Shown here in pieces: positions 48,700-62,717 of a DNA stretch of 64,000 nucleotides. The notes under the pieces were generated by a model that saw only the letters and a program-made list of their open reading frames with translations, did not search any database and was not told the origin of the DNA. Every line of letters begins with the position of its first letter. Positions within the stretch are counted from its first letter, which is position 1. The translations under genes and the position numbers were made by a program. This DNA comes from Amphiscolops sp. MND2022 (Eukaryota). The stretch spans positions 60,698,001-60,762,000 of the forward strand of contig OZ076415.1 in the NCBI GenBank assembly GCA_964187785.1, read 5' to 3'.

Positions 48700-50260
48700 C
48701 ACTCGGGCACGTAGGCTCTCAGTCTGTCAACATGGTGTTTCCCACTTTTACCCAAATGGGACAGTATCAACTTCTCCCACTGCAGTCCTTTTAGTGCCTG
48801 CAGAAAAACCCAGAATGCTTCTCAGATGAGAAAACTCACACGAAAAACCTAAGGGAGCCCCATATGGAGCGAATGACATTCCGCTACACCTGTAAACGCT
48901 CAACCTCCCTCCATGTGTGGGAAATTTTCGGGTCCTGGGTGCACTTGGCCCGGATAGACCAGCCCCGAATAGGACGACCAGGGGGCGGAAGGAGAAGTGT
49001 CTACCAGGTCGACCGCTCAGCAGCAGCAGCAGCCTCTGAAGCAGAAGGCGGCGAGGACAATGTAGAAACAGCGCAAGGAGGAGGCGATGGAGAATAAATA
49101 GGGAGGAAGGAGTTCGAGGCTCAGAAGCTGCCCCTCTGACGGCGGAAGCCGGACGTGGGAAGGCCCATGTCCTCTTATTTATTCTAGCCTACAAATACCC
49201 TTACCCATCTTCCTACAAGCGAGGAAGAAAAGGCCCTCCACACGGACTCTTCCAACGGTTTTCATCAATTCAGTTTTTGACCCCCACCTCTCCAGTTCCT
49301 CCAAATTACATAACCTTTAACCAATCAAGTGGCTTAGCCTTCCTTCCTTTCTTCTATCTTCGACATGAAACCCTCTCTGTCTCTCCATTAGAAGCACCTC
49401 CAATATTAGAGCATCCTGCCCCAAAACAAACGAATCCAAAGACCAAGCACTCACAACTTCTAGATCAAAATCACCCCTGTTAGAAGAACCAGAGAACCAA
49501 TTACAGTGTCCATTGTCTTTTTTAGAACAGAAATGAATCTGTCCCTCCTTCTCTTTAACCCTCGCAAACAATCTGCAACCAATCAAGAGTTCCGCTCTCT
49601 TCTTTCCAATCGACAGCATAACAAGCGAAGCACGACAGCAAACGAACTCCCGATGAACAAACAACAACGTGTCACGAGTATTTTTGCACCAGGCAAGAGT
49701 GTCAAAAAGCTTCGATTCAACTACGACCTAAACTACAAACTGGAACATCTGTTTTCTTGTTTGCGAACGTCTTTTGTGATTCAAAACGACAAGAATTCAT
49801 CATCTGAAACCCTTCCCTTAAAGGACAAAGACTAACAGTTCTCCTTGAAGCTATCTCAGCCCTTGCAGAATGACATTAGATACCGTAGCGAAACCCTTTA
49901 TACCCATGACATAAAAACCCCACTCTATTAAAATAATTAGGGCGGACAATCCTCAAAGCATGGACAAACAAGCAGAAGGAAACGATAAAGGCATGTTCAA
50001 CATTCCAATATGGACCAGAAGCCTCGATGAAGAGACCCCCATACCCGAATAACAAGAACCAAACTTGTCAATCGGCAAAGATATAGGAAACACCAACATA
50101 CAAAAATGAGCCCAAAAAAACTCGAACGACTAGCAACATGAGTTAAAAAATTGCCTCAAAGAACGCAAAAGCGCCACTTCAACAAGACCAATCCTATGGC
50201 AATGAAAACATTCCCGATTGCAACAATTCTAACAACGTCAAACAACAGCACAATACAAAG
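48700..50260 (+). mobile_element. Highly degraded non-LTR retrotransposon (ORF1 / AP-endonuclease relic)
   Basis: GC- and purine-rich switch with poly-Ala/Gly linker; VTSIFAP..FVIQNDKNS loosely resembles APE motifs (NxYAP, GDFN). Confidence 0.3.
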
Positions 50261-53129
50261 CACGTGCCCTTCAAACTCTAATCAACCGAATACGAAGTGA
50301 AAATGTCTCTTTCAAGATAAAGAGTACCGGTACTCTTGAGTCTTTCTTCATTTTGAAAGAACAATTATCGCGATTGTGTTTTCTTAAGGCTTCACGTACC
50401 ACACAATCTGCTTTTGATATTTCTTTTACGTGAAAATTGTGCTCTAATGTGTTTCCCTCCATCTTGCTACACCTTCAATTACTTCGTTATGTAATCGTCT
50501 GACAAAAAAAAACATTTCTTGGATCTACAGCATTCGACGTCAGTTCTTCATTTGGGTCTTTTTCTGTAATTGTCTGCGTAGTTACCCGCTGAGGTAGCAA
50601 GTATAGTTTACAGTAAAGCAGTTAGGCTCTCGGCAGTCTTGGTTGAGAAGTCCAACTCGAGGGGACAATCAACCCAAATTCCTTCTCTGCATGAAAAGTG
50701 GTTCGTTCTTTGGCAAGAGTTCCAAGACTTGGGGTCAGTGGTTGAAAACGGGGCTGATAGTAGTAGTTAAATGTGGCCGGTTGATTTTGTTTCTCCGTTC
50801 ATGTTTGGTGGAAAATCGTGAAAACTGTGCCAGATGACTTTCAAATTGTAGTTATAATAATCAAAATTCTGTTTTTTGTTCCAAAGTTTTCCATGTGGCG
50901 ATACACTAGGGGAGGTTTTTGTCTTGATTAGACCGACGTAGACAACTTTTGTGAATTCTCGAAGAAAAAATCAAACTTCCCAGATTGGCGTTGTAATGTG
51001 ACATTGTTTCTAATTGGAGGATTTCTTTCGTCAGCTTTTCAAAAGGAAATACGCCCGACTACTTGGTGACTGTTTTTTGATTCAGACCAAAGCGCTCACA
51101 CTGGCTTTGCGCGTAAGATTTGAAGCATACGCAAAGAAGTTGGGGATCCTGCTTTAAGGTTTTTCACATTTAACATGATTCACAATACTATATGAGTACA
51201 AAATGTCTTTCTACTGAATTTTTTTCACATTTAGAAGCAATCACTTTTTGATCCTTAAGCGGCGCTTTAGACATTCTCCTCTCGTTTTTCCTACAGTCAA
51301 GATATGTACCAGAACTGGCTTCCTGAAATTGAAAATTGTCTTGAACATCAGTATTGATATGAATGATGCTGACTACTTCGACCAATTTTGAATTCAAGTT
51401 TCATGGGTCTTTGTTTTTCTTCATTGTGAGTGAGCGACATGGGACTATAACAACTGATTTGTCTAATATAACTTCTTTTTCAGAATTCAAATAATTCATT
51501 CCGCAGCAGATAGAACTGTTTCGGCAGGCAAACCAGTTTCTAAATTTGTTTCAGTCTCTTCCGACAACTCTGAAACAGTAATTTCAGGTACTCTTTGCAT
51601 ACATTCAAGTTATGCAAACGAAACTGGTAAATGAGCTTTCGAAAATAGATTTCCAGACAACATTCCAATCGATGTCATGAAAGTGTCTGTTGAAATTATG
51701 GGATGATATGAGTTTATTCGTCCAGTCTGCTTCGAGCTCACGTGAAGAAAACAATACAATCGACACATAATGGGAGGTGTGGGTGGAAAATCTGAAAAAG
51801 GAAAAAAGTTTCTTCATCGGTACGATTGGGCAGCATAACTTTACCAGAGCAATTTCACTCTATGGAAGGCGTTCGAGAATCTTTTTCCAGAAACAGTGCC
51901 ATTTTCGCGACTCCCAGACTGTGAGTTTAATACTGGTCTATCTAAAAAATCAGAGGTTTCAAAATTTTTACACCAACTTTTCTATATTAAAATAATAAAC
52001 ACGCTTAAAATCATTCGAGCAGAGCCAATTTCAGCATTTTACTTCTTTTTGTTGTGACGTTACTAAATCCCACCTACGTAGGTCCTGCTCTCCTATAAAC
52101 GAAGGACGAAAAACGGATGAAACTGAGATTCTCAGAAAAGAGAAACATGGCGGCATGTTTTCCGTTTTTGGAAACCAAGGAATTGTCTGATCCGAGGATA
52201 ATCAGATTGAATCAGAAGCTGTTTCATGTCGACACTTCGGTAACGAGATGAAAGCTGCCAACCAAGTCAGTCGCAATCGAGTCAAGAAAAGGGGGTACCA
52301 ATCGTTTCTTCTTGAGCTGAAATATTTTTCAAGTACAATATTGGTGTGATGCCAGATCAGTTTTTTGTTTATTCTATTCTCATTATTTGTATTTAAAACT
52401 CCCAATATTTTTCACCAATGCATTAGAACCATTTACTGTTGAGTTATGCCTCTAGTATCATCTAAGTTTTTGTTCAGTCAATGCCTTCAAGAATTCACCT
52501 TTTTTCGAAACTTGTCAACCTCTAGAGGGCAGGATTCTGAAACATTGATTATTTTTAATCTATGTAGTCCAATTTGCAGCAGATATCGATTTTGCAACAG
52601 TTCAGAAAAGTTTTTTCCAAAAGAAAACATATTTTGACTGGATTTGCTAACTCGTCAAAAAATACTTGAACTAGAAATTTTGTAAGCAAATTGCACAAAA
52701 AAGGGCCTTAAGTTAGATTTCAAGTTCTAATTTTCAACAAATTCAACTAAACTTTAAAAGCGACCGACATGGTCCAAAAGAAATCACATTAAGGCTTTTT
52801 TCTAAACTCAAAACGAGTTGAAAGTCCTTTAAAATTCGTTAAGAACCTGTACTAAAGAAAAATTTCACTTAGCCGAAAAAAAAACAATTTCGGCCCTATT
52901 CTCTCATACAGCTCTGATTCAAGTGAAAATTAGATAACAATTACGGTGACAGCTTTTAGCCGTTTTGAATGGGCTTCAGATCTCAGGCTAAGTTTTCAAA
53001 ACGACTTACCGAGATTTTGGAAATTAAAAGTGGTTAATAGTATGATTGCAAAATTGGATACAACTAAAGATACAACATTAAAGGGTCACCCAGGGGTGTC
53101 TTCAGGTTTAGCAGCATTCGTAGAGAATG

Positions 53130-53400
53130 CCGTTTACCTGAGGATTTGAGTATTTATATTTCGGATGACGACCTCAAATGGGTTAGCCATGTTGGAACTC
53201 ATATTTACACAGCAAGAAGAGCGTTTTATGCCTTTAAAAACAGAATCACTTTCGAAACACCTCGCGGATGAAGTTAAATTTATATAGATCAATGGTCCTC
53301 TCCATCCTTCTTTATGGTATCCCAGCTTGGTGTCGACTGGAACAAAAGAAAAACACTCTTCATTCAGCTGGCTGTTCAGTCATCAACATAGCTAAGCAAT
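53130..53400 (+). mobile_element. CR1/L2-type LINE RT C-terminal relic
   Basis: EDLSIYISDDDLKWVSHV...KLNLYRSMVLSILLYGIPAW resembles KDLGV..DLKW..H..LY.S.V.S.L.Y...W. Confidence 0.55.
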
Positions 53401-55848
53401 CAATCTGGTGGTTTCGAAAGAATTACGAAAAAAAACGAACGAAGAGAAAGAAATTAAAGATAGAAATTACACTTGTCACTGATTGTCGGGCACAATTCAT
53501 TACAAAATGCGCCAACTAAAACAACTAATACGTAAGAATGTTGTACTTTACAGGCGCAAACTTGTCTTTGAAAGTTCAACGAAAATGACCGCCTAATACA
53601 AGCAGTCATTGAAACTTCTTTTTGGAAATAGGGAGTATTTTGTGGTGATAGAACGATTTTCAATCAAAAATTTAGGTATGAGAACATTACATGAATTTTC
53701 CATACTATCTCTTATGAATGAATGAAGGTGGTGGGGCCACAGCATATTTTTTCTGTTTTCTAGAGAAACGTAAAACTTCTCCACTAATTCCGGGTTTCTT
53801 TAAGACAACCTACTCAAACTTGCAGCAGTGCTGTAACTGTTACATTGACGTTTACAATGTAAACTGTACAAAACATAAAACTTTGAGGACTTTGCGTAGA
53901 AACTTTTTATTCTGAATTAACGCAAATCTTTTCACTGCAATTCACATGAAAAATAGTTCATTTTTCTTCCATGACTTCATTGTGACACCAATATCGGCTC
54001 AAAGGGTTTTTGTAGGGTTTTGAAAAATTTCTGGTAAACACAGTAATCAATATAGAAAACTGCACTCTTTGAACTGTAGCCTCGCTCCATTTTCTGTTTG
54101 GTACCTCCTAACATTCCTCGGAAAACTCACTTTAATTGTTCTGCAAAACGTTTTACCTCATTAAAAGTAGTCAAATTAAATTGCAATCTTATGTAGTTCC
54201 TAAAACCTTGATAAATGTAGCACGATGAAACGTTTGATACCATTTTTCAAACTATTTATGAGAATTTTCAATGTTTTGAGTACCCACTCGTCAGTTCTTA
54301 AAACGCATTCGAAGACATCAAAATAGCACCTCAGTGATGGATTGTCAAATTCAGCTGCTCTTAGCTGGCATTAAATTAAGCACCACTGGTTGTTCAACAA
54401 AGGTTCAATTGGCCTGCAGAAAAAGACACCTGAAAAAAATATATGCGGCTAGACTGCGCTGTGTGTTTGTTCTATATCCAGAATGCATTCATGGCTTAAA
54501 TAGCTTTTAAAAACATTATGAAACATTAAACGCCATCACGCAAGCCAGCGTGCACATGTTTCGCATAACGACCATTTGTGAAAACACATTATTTTTCAAC
54601 AATCTCACTTGAAAGCAAAACTGACCATTTAACGAAGAAAAAATGAGCTCTATTGAGCGCTGAAAAAGGTGCCAATTTGATTAATTTAATTAGCAATTAT
54701 TGCTGTTTGTAACACTGGTAATTATAAGGATTGTAAAATATTGTTTACATAATGCCTCGTGGAAGACAACACACGCCGAGTGTGGAAAATGATGGAAGCT
54801 GGGTAAGTGATGCAAATTCATTTTGAGGTCAAAGTTCAATATCATGATGGTTCATGATCCCTGACAGGCTCCGCAGAAATTCACGCTGAAGAACCAGTTA
54901 TTTTCACGCTTCCGTGTCACGGTAGTTTTGGTTTCCTTGATCACAGTTTTTTTCAATTATTTTTTCGTTTGGAACTGACATACATACATAAACAAAAACT
55001 GCTTCAGAATTTTCAGAATCCAAGTTTTAACGCTTATTGGAAAGACTTTTCAGTTGGTTGCAAAAATTTGATCTACCGGTGCTGATTATAAAACAAAACA
55101 TGTTAAGCCAAAAATCGATAGTTTTTGTATTATTCTCAATTTCATACCATTTCACGTAATTGTGAACGAAATTGAGTCATTTCACGTTTTACTTTCGGTA
55201 ACACGCTGAAATTTGATTGGGCAATAATTCACGCCATTACATGGTTTCACACCGCGTGAATTTCCGCGGAGCCTAACCCATGGAAACATTCATTGAGAGT
55301 TTGAAATGTATAAGATGAGACAATATCTTCCTCAAATAAATGAATAAAGATGATACCTATTGGGTTTTTGGATAATACAATGTGTACAGTTTCGTAGAGG
55401 AAATCAAAACGAGCTAGCAACAATAGTTGATCTGAGTTATCCCGGGTTGACCCAACCTGTAGATCATGCAATGTTTCCATTTATGAAAACTAGTTGCCAC
55501 AAATTAAAACAAGCCGGGAACGGCCCACACAAGGTTTAAAAAAACAAGTTTTTTAATTATGCAAAGAGACACCATTGTGAAAAGGTCGTCAAATTTACAG
55601 TGCAGGAGAATCCCGAAGGGGCACCCATGAGATTTAAAAACGCTTTTTTTTCATAACTGGGAACATCAAAAAATGATTTTTTTTTTGAAATTCATCAGTT
55701 TTTTGGAAAACAAGAAGTCAGATAGTGTCATGCCCGAACAGCATGAAGGAAGGAGTGAGAAATCAAAAACTGTTTCAATTAAATAAATGCCTTGAATTCC
55801 AAGTTGTCATGTACTGTTAAAAGCCATAATTCATTTGCTAATCAGTGC

Positions 55849-56701
55849 TGTTAAACAAATGACGACTGGCTTAACCAGTCGTCAAATTCATATTTACTAG
55901 CGCAACGACCACCACTTTAGTTCATTACATGCAAACATGACTGAAATATTCAGTCGTCGAATTCACTCACCACTATTATGATGTCCCTAATTACGGTGCA
56001 TCTATATATTGATATAATATTGACTGGGATTGTCAGTCATCAATGAGTACCTGTACCATCATCAATGTCTAATATCCCGATTTGTCTAAATAAACATAGC
56101 CATGACTGAAGTTATCAGTCGTCAACAACATATTTCATCAGTTCAATGCATTAAATCTCATATTTGACCAAGTATCCACACATGTAGGACTGAAATACTC
56201 AGTCATCATACCCATTATTTTAAACGTGATTATGTACTTTATTAGATTTCAACATGTACACATTCATTTCATTAGTACAAGGTAACCATGACAACCATAC
56301 AATGCAGTTTTAATCTCTGGGCTAGATTGGTAACTACCATAACTGAGTGCTATGATGACTAAGAGGCGCGGTCATACACAAAATGTTGTTGCTATAATTG
56401 GATCAAACGAACCAAAACGGTTGCTATAACGACTGAAACGACCGGTCGTACATTATATTCATATTCGGCATTGATGCTAATTAACACCTGCTAGTGAGAG
56501 CAATACGATTGGTTAATACAAAAGGTGTCAAGACGCTGGGACCAGCAAAGCGTCGACACCAGAGAGGTCACAACAACGGTGATATCCATACTGCATAGTT
56601 GACTACCTTGACTTGTTGAATTGCACTTAGAATTATTAACCTTTTCGTGATTACAAACATTGTTACACAATAAACCTTCAAAACTCCATCATTTTGTTAC
56701 A
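55849..56701 (+). repeat. Putative 5' LTR (~853 bp)
   Basis: Starts TGTTAAACAAATGACG, ends CATCATTTTGTTACA (imperfect inverted termini, TG..CA), followed by TGG; AATAAA at ~56669. Second LTR not in window. Confidence 0.65.
55860..56449. repeat. Array of GACTG-N7-CAGTC palindromes at ~75-85 bp period with unique spacers
   Basis: Exact copies at 55864, 55939, 56022, 56104, 56188; variants GACTA-N7-CGGTC at 56357 and GACTG-N7-CGGTC at 56431. Confidence 0.9.
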
Positions 56702-59700
56702 TGGTAACTACCAGGTCACAGAGCAGTAGAAGGTTCCAAACGGAAAATATAAATATGGATCGAACAAGCGACAAAGAAAGCGAAGCGAGTTTCCCAGACG
56801 TCTTATCTAGAGAACAAATGACGGAATTAGATAGTGACAATCTCCTAAACGACCGAAATAACATTGAAAGGAACATGATCGATCAGAGATTCTACGAGAT
56901 GAATAGACAAATTGTAGAACTGACCGACTTAGTTCTCGCTTTGACACAGCAAATATCCTCTAATCATAGAGAAGGGAATGGACTTAACATGGCAAAGCCT
57001 AGTGCCAATGGTCATTCCGACATGGTGAAAGGAGTCCAGAACCCAAAACCGTCAGTCTCACGAACGACTCCACCAAACTCGACCCCCAGAAGCAATGTCA
57101 GCGCACCACAATTGATCAAACACAGGAAATGGATCCTCCCCACCATGGGTAACATCTTGATTGGCATGTCCTTCTTCAAGAAGTACTCAGTCACGCTTGA
57201 CCTTTCCAACAATGTAGTCAAATTCCCAGATATTACCCTGCAACTCAAGCCAGAACGTGGACGATACAAAATCCAAATGATAGAACTGCGCACAACACGG
57301 AAGACAGTGATACAACCTGACCACCAACTCAACGTCCCTGTCCTAGCGGAAAGGGACCTAGACACAATCCAGGGCACAATTGAAGCCTTTCCTTCATTTG
57401 AAAGGAAGACACAACTACTGGTGTCTCCAGCCCTGGCGCAAATTACAGAAATGAAAAGTCATGTCCAAATCACAAACTTAACGAGCCACACAATTACAGT
57501 CAGCCCGAAAACGACAGTGACTACCTTCATGATAATGACCCCGAACCAAGCAAAAAACCTTCAACCTATGTCAAATGAACAGTTAACATTGATAACCAAA
57601 TACCCAGACGAAGCCAACAACGTGCGCAACCAACTATTCCAGGAACCCGGCACAAACACCAACATTCAATGGTACCCAACTCCGGAAACCTGTGATGCTC
57701 CGTTGAAACTGAATCACATTGAAAAGCGAATATACGACGAGATCACCAAACTCCGCGAGGAAGAAAAATTAGACCCGACAGCAGATGACGAACAACGCAA
57801 GGCCTTCCTTGCCAACTTCCGATGGCAAAACTCAATCCTGACGGAACATGAACAGCAACGAATTGAGAACCTAGTGAAGTACAGCAATGTGTTCGCCAGA
57901 CACCGCCTTGATATAGGCATCAATACTGACTTCAAGATCAAACTCACGCACGATGAGCCAATCTACGCGCGGAACCTCCCAACACCCACTAACCTCAAAG
58001 ACGACTTACTCGTGGAACTGGCCTTGATGCAAGAGTACGGCATCATCACGACGTTGCCATACAGTAAGTACTCTTCGCCCATATTTGCCCAACGAAAACC
58101 GAATGGGAAACTCCGCATCTTGGTCGATCTGCGCAGAATCAACCACCTTCTGAAGAACAATTACAACCAGCATAACCACCCAGTCACTATCATCGCCGCC
58201 CAGCATATGGCTGGAAAGAAGTACTTCTGCAAGTTGGACTGCTCGCAGGCGTACCATTGCCTTCAGATGGCCGACGAACAATCGGTACAACTGCTAGCGT
58301 TCAACTTCGGGAGCCGTACCTTCGCCTACCTGCGGCTGGCACAGGGACTCAACCGATCCCTCTCGGCATTCAACAGCACAGTTCGAGAATACGTAGATGC
58401 ACTTGTGAAAGCCGACAAATGCGCGCAATACGTCGATGACATTGGAATTGCCGCGCATAACGTCGAAGAGCTACTGTCAAACATTGAAGCCGTCTTTCAG
58501 CAAACCCAGAAAGCAGGCTTAAAACTGTCAATGTCCAAGTGTGAATTCGGACACCCTCAAATCGATTTCCTCGGGAGAAGTATCACTTCCAAAGGGGTAG
58601 CACTACTTGAAGACAAGATTGACAAGTTGCTGAAAACAATAAAGCTGCCGACATCAGTCAAGTTATTACAGCGATACATCGGATTTGTTCAGTTCTACAG
58701 GCAGTACATACCACGCCTGGCAGAAAAACTCACACCGTTATACAAGCTGCTACAAAAAGACGTCAAGTTCCAACTGACCCAACAACACAAGGACTTGATC
58801 TTCAAAATCAACGAAAACCTCGCAAAAGCTGCAAAACTCTCACTACCACTGCCACTACCTGAGAAACAACTCGTTATAATGTGTGACGCCAGTGAACATG
58901 CAGCGGGCTACGTTCTTTTGATCGAAGACTACACCGAAACGAACGATGGCCCAATGAAGTCATACGCCCCAGTATCATTAAGGGTCCCAACGATTTACCG
59001 AAGGCCAAATGTCATTGACAATGTACGCAAAGGAGTTCCTGACAATGCATTTTGCATTCGACGAATTCGCACACATACTCTGGGGTGTCAAGAAGCCAAC
59101 CATAGTGATGACCGACAACAAAGCACTTACCAGGTTTTTTCAATCCAAACAGATTCCCCCGAAGCTGTGGAATTACTGTGATCAGATTCTTCAATTCGAA
59201 TTCGTTCTTGCCCATGTTCCTGGAACTGAAAATCCTGCTGCAGATTACTTGTCACGTCTCGACATCCGACCAGAAGAAGGGATCCATCTCAAATTACACG
59301 ACGAGATACCAGTTTTCCACGTCGAGATTGACCTGGCGTCTAAAACACCCAAACAAGACGAAGAAGAAGAAGACTGCATACCTGATGACGACACCACCAC
59401 CACCAAACAAAATGATGCCATCAATGCCATACTGGCCCAGGTCCCCAAGTGCAATGACGAATCGAGTGAACAGTTTCTCCAGAGGATAGAAACCATCCGT
59501 CACCAGATCACACCCATCATCACCGGGCAGCATGATGAGATGACGTTCACCAGATTCAGACGACGGCATCATGACAACGTGGTAAACCAGGTATGCCCCA
59601 ATGGGGATTTTCAAATAGTCCAGGACCAACTCCAAAACTCAGAAATCCAACGCATGATTAGAATTTTGAGCCAAAATGAAACGCCACCTAATCATGCTAA

Positions 59701-61355
59701 CTTTGAATGCCAGTTTTTTCAAAAACTAGTCAAAAACAAAAAACGACTCGAAGTAGTAAACAACGTTTTGTACAGGAGCTTTTTTGACGGTACAGGTAAA
59801 ATTAAGTGCGAACAAATTGTTGTCCCGCCTGAAACTATCCATCAAATCGTCCAGTCGCTACACAACGAACCCCTGCAAGGCCATCTAGGCAGTAGCAAAA
59901 TGTTACATCAACTCCGCAAAAGGTATTACTCACCTAATCTGTCTGAAATAGTTCTGCAATACGTTTCAAACTGCCAAGACTGCATCCGTTCGAAACCAAT
60001 CCGAAAAACCGAAACCACTCCCCCATTACAACAGATATACGACCCTTGTAACGGGCCAGAGGACGTACTAGAAATTTACTTAGTGGGCGATCTCCCACCG
60101 TCCAACGGATTCACACACGTATTGACAGCCTGTGACTATTTTTCTAGATATCTCTTTGCAGTACCTATTCGCAAGCCAGACACCAAATCGGTTGTAGAAG
60201 CACTCGTGCAAAATTTCACACAACACTCATACGTACCGAAAATCATTTCAACTGATAAAGGATCGACGTTTACCTCCCAACTGTTCAACTCACTCATGGA
60301 GTCTGCCGGTATAAAAATCGAACATGCCACTGTAAAACTTGCACAAACGATCGGGATGGTGAAACGTTCCCATCAAAAGTTAAAACAGATCCTGAAAATT
60401 AACGTCTCGGCCGACTCTCCGCAATGGCACAAGTACGTCAATATGGCCGTTATGGCCCACAACACTACTTATCACCAAGCGATCCGGTGTACCCCCACTG
60501 AGATTTTCCACGGCCGAGTTCCGTTTAACGCACTGGACATTAAGTTCGGGAACCCTCGTAGCGAATCGCGCAATACGACCGACGTAACTGGGATACTGTT
60601 CAACATGAACAAAAAATTCCAGCAAACCCATGACAATATCATTGAAGCCTTCCATAAATACAAAAACGACTATGACCGAAAAGCGCAAGCTTCGCCTCTA
60701 AAGTAAAAGACTTCACCTTCCTGCTAAACAAATACTGTCTAATCAATCTGAAAAAATTCCCTTCAAGGAATTTAAGTGGGAAGGACCTTACAAAGTTGTC
60801 AAAGTTCTATCCAACTCAAACTACATTATCCGAAATATCGGAACTCTACGCACTCAATGCGTGCACAGAATGAGGCTCCGCCCGTTCACGCCAAACGCTC
60901 CAATCACGGACATAGCTGACGATCCTTCTCAACACTTCGAGGATCCTGACGCCCTCGTTGAACAGGACATGTTCGACAGCCGGCTACCAACACCGATAAC
61001 TGAACAACCACAACAAGCAATTCCTGACCAATCAGAATCCGAAAAATTGCAAGCTGACCACGGTATCATCTACTATGAGATTCAGCATATCGAATCTGAC
61101 CGCCAGCGCATAATACCTGAAAGTCAAGTCGAAACACGGGAAGTACACCCGGACAGCATCAGCATCATTGACCCTGAACCAGTAAATGACGAGTACACGC
61201 CAACTGAACGACCATCAGTACCATCTAGAAATACCAAACCACGTTACGGACTGAGGCACAACCCACAACCAACCACGTACCCTGATTTTTTAGTGCATGA
61301 ATTACACGGTACGCCTGCCCTCCAACAACTTCTACTGAAAAACAAAAACCTTTAA
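56701..61355 (+). pseudogene. Gypsy Gag(deleted)-Pol: protease C-half, RT, RNase H, integrase
   Basis: ILPTMGNILIGMSFF; YSSPIFAQRKPNGKLRILVDLRRIN; KLDCSQAYH; QYVDD; MCDASEHAAG; frameshift ~58980; HNEPLQGHLG..CQDC; integrase first Asp to Tyr (EIYLVG) and Glu to Lys (GMVKRS); frameshifts near 60706; WEGPYKVV. Confidence 0.93.
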
Positions 61356-62717
61356 AAATTACAATTTTCTTTCATCATTAAATGTAGTCACTAACAAGTA
61401 AAACTTAGCAGTACAAACAATTAAAACTCAAACCATTTTTGTTTTATCCTCAACTCTTCCCCTTAAAAGTGTGACCTGACACCAACGACTGCTCATGACA
61501 GTCACAGTCAAAAGGTATACGAAAGTAACTGCTCTAGAGTTACGCCACACCCATCAACAAAAAACCTAACTCAAATGAACGAACTGCCAAACACGACGAC
61601 CATAGTCTGCAGTCATCCATACCTACGCGAGCAAATCCCCTAATAGCTCATACCACTTCCGAATAGCAAACATGGCCGCATCGCCATGCGACGACTTCAA
61701 ACACCAGTCATCACAACGAATCCGCAGTGAAAATACGTGCAACGCGAACGCAAGCGAAGCATAATTTATTCAATTCACACCATATTCTACATAGCGACAA
61801 CTGAAGAAAACTACATCGATTACGTAACTATCGTAACAACCGTAAACAAACGTGAACGATAATGCCGTTCCCAAACAACCTGTCGAACTAACAGAAATGA
61901 TCAGCTGCCTGTCAAACGTCATACTTGCATAAGTAAACCCTCACCCATTTACTCAAACTGGAGTCATGTGGGTGCGTCGTCAAACGCGTGTCTGTGTGGC
62001 TGGTTGTATTCAGATGAAGTTTGCTTTTTAGCAAGTGGATTCAGTGTCAGTTTTGCATGGGTTTTTGTGACGACAAAAACCATTTCCCAATAACAAACAA
62101 AAATATTACTTCAACCAAATCGGTAATGCAATAAAACCAAAATGCAATAAAACGGTAATCCAGTAATATTTACCGAACCAGAACCACGTTACGCCCGACC
62201 CCTTAGGTCCTCCTGACAATTCGTTGGCTTCGCCTTGTCTTAGAAAAGAACTTAGGAGTTAGCGGCAAAATTTTGAACCACATTTCTAGACTACGTTACC
62301 CTAACAAAAGGAACTCAACCTAACGATAGTTACTTGCAGTCACCAGTAGTAAAATGACACATTCAGTACATGCAAAAAGACAGTAAGAACCGCCTAACAC
62401 ATGCAATTTGTGTGATCACAACATGAACCCGAGCCTACATCTGTTGCGTAATGAGCCTCCTTAAAACAACGATTCAGCTAACGCAAATTTCAATTCAAGA
62501 AGCGTCCAAACAAGAATCTCAATTCCAAAAACATCTGCGTATTTACCAAAGTCAACGGGTATAAGTATTAGCCATACATCATCAAAATCAAACAGCAATC
62601 AACAAGATAAAAAATAATACTGCCAGAAAACAAAGTGAAAACTAAAATCAATCAACTTCAAAAATCTAAAGCTAAAAAGCGAAAAGTTCACTTTGAAAAG
62701 TCCAACAACAGGTGAAA

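Noticed and set aside
50600-52000. Possible RICTOR-like host exons
   Set aside because: Only weak by-eye resemblance, with pieces on opposite strands and in-frame stops.
56702-56720. Assignment of the PBS to a specific tRNA
   Set aside because: TGGTAACTACC follows the LTR end, but I could not match it confidently to a known tRNA 3' end.
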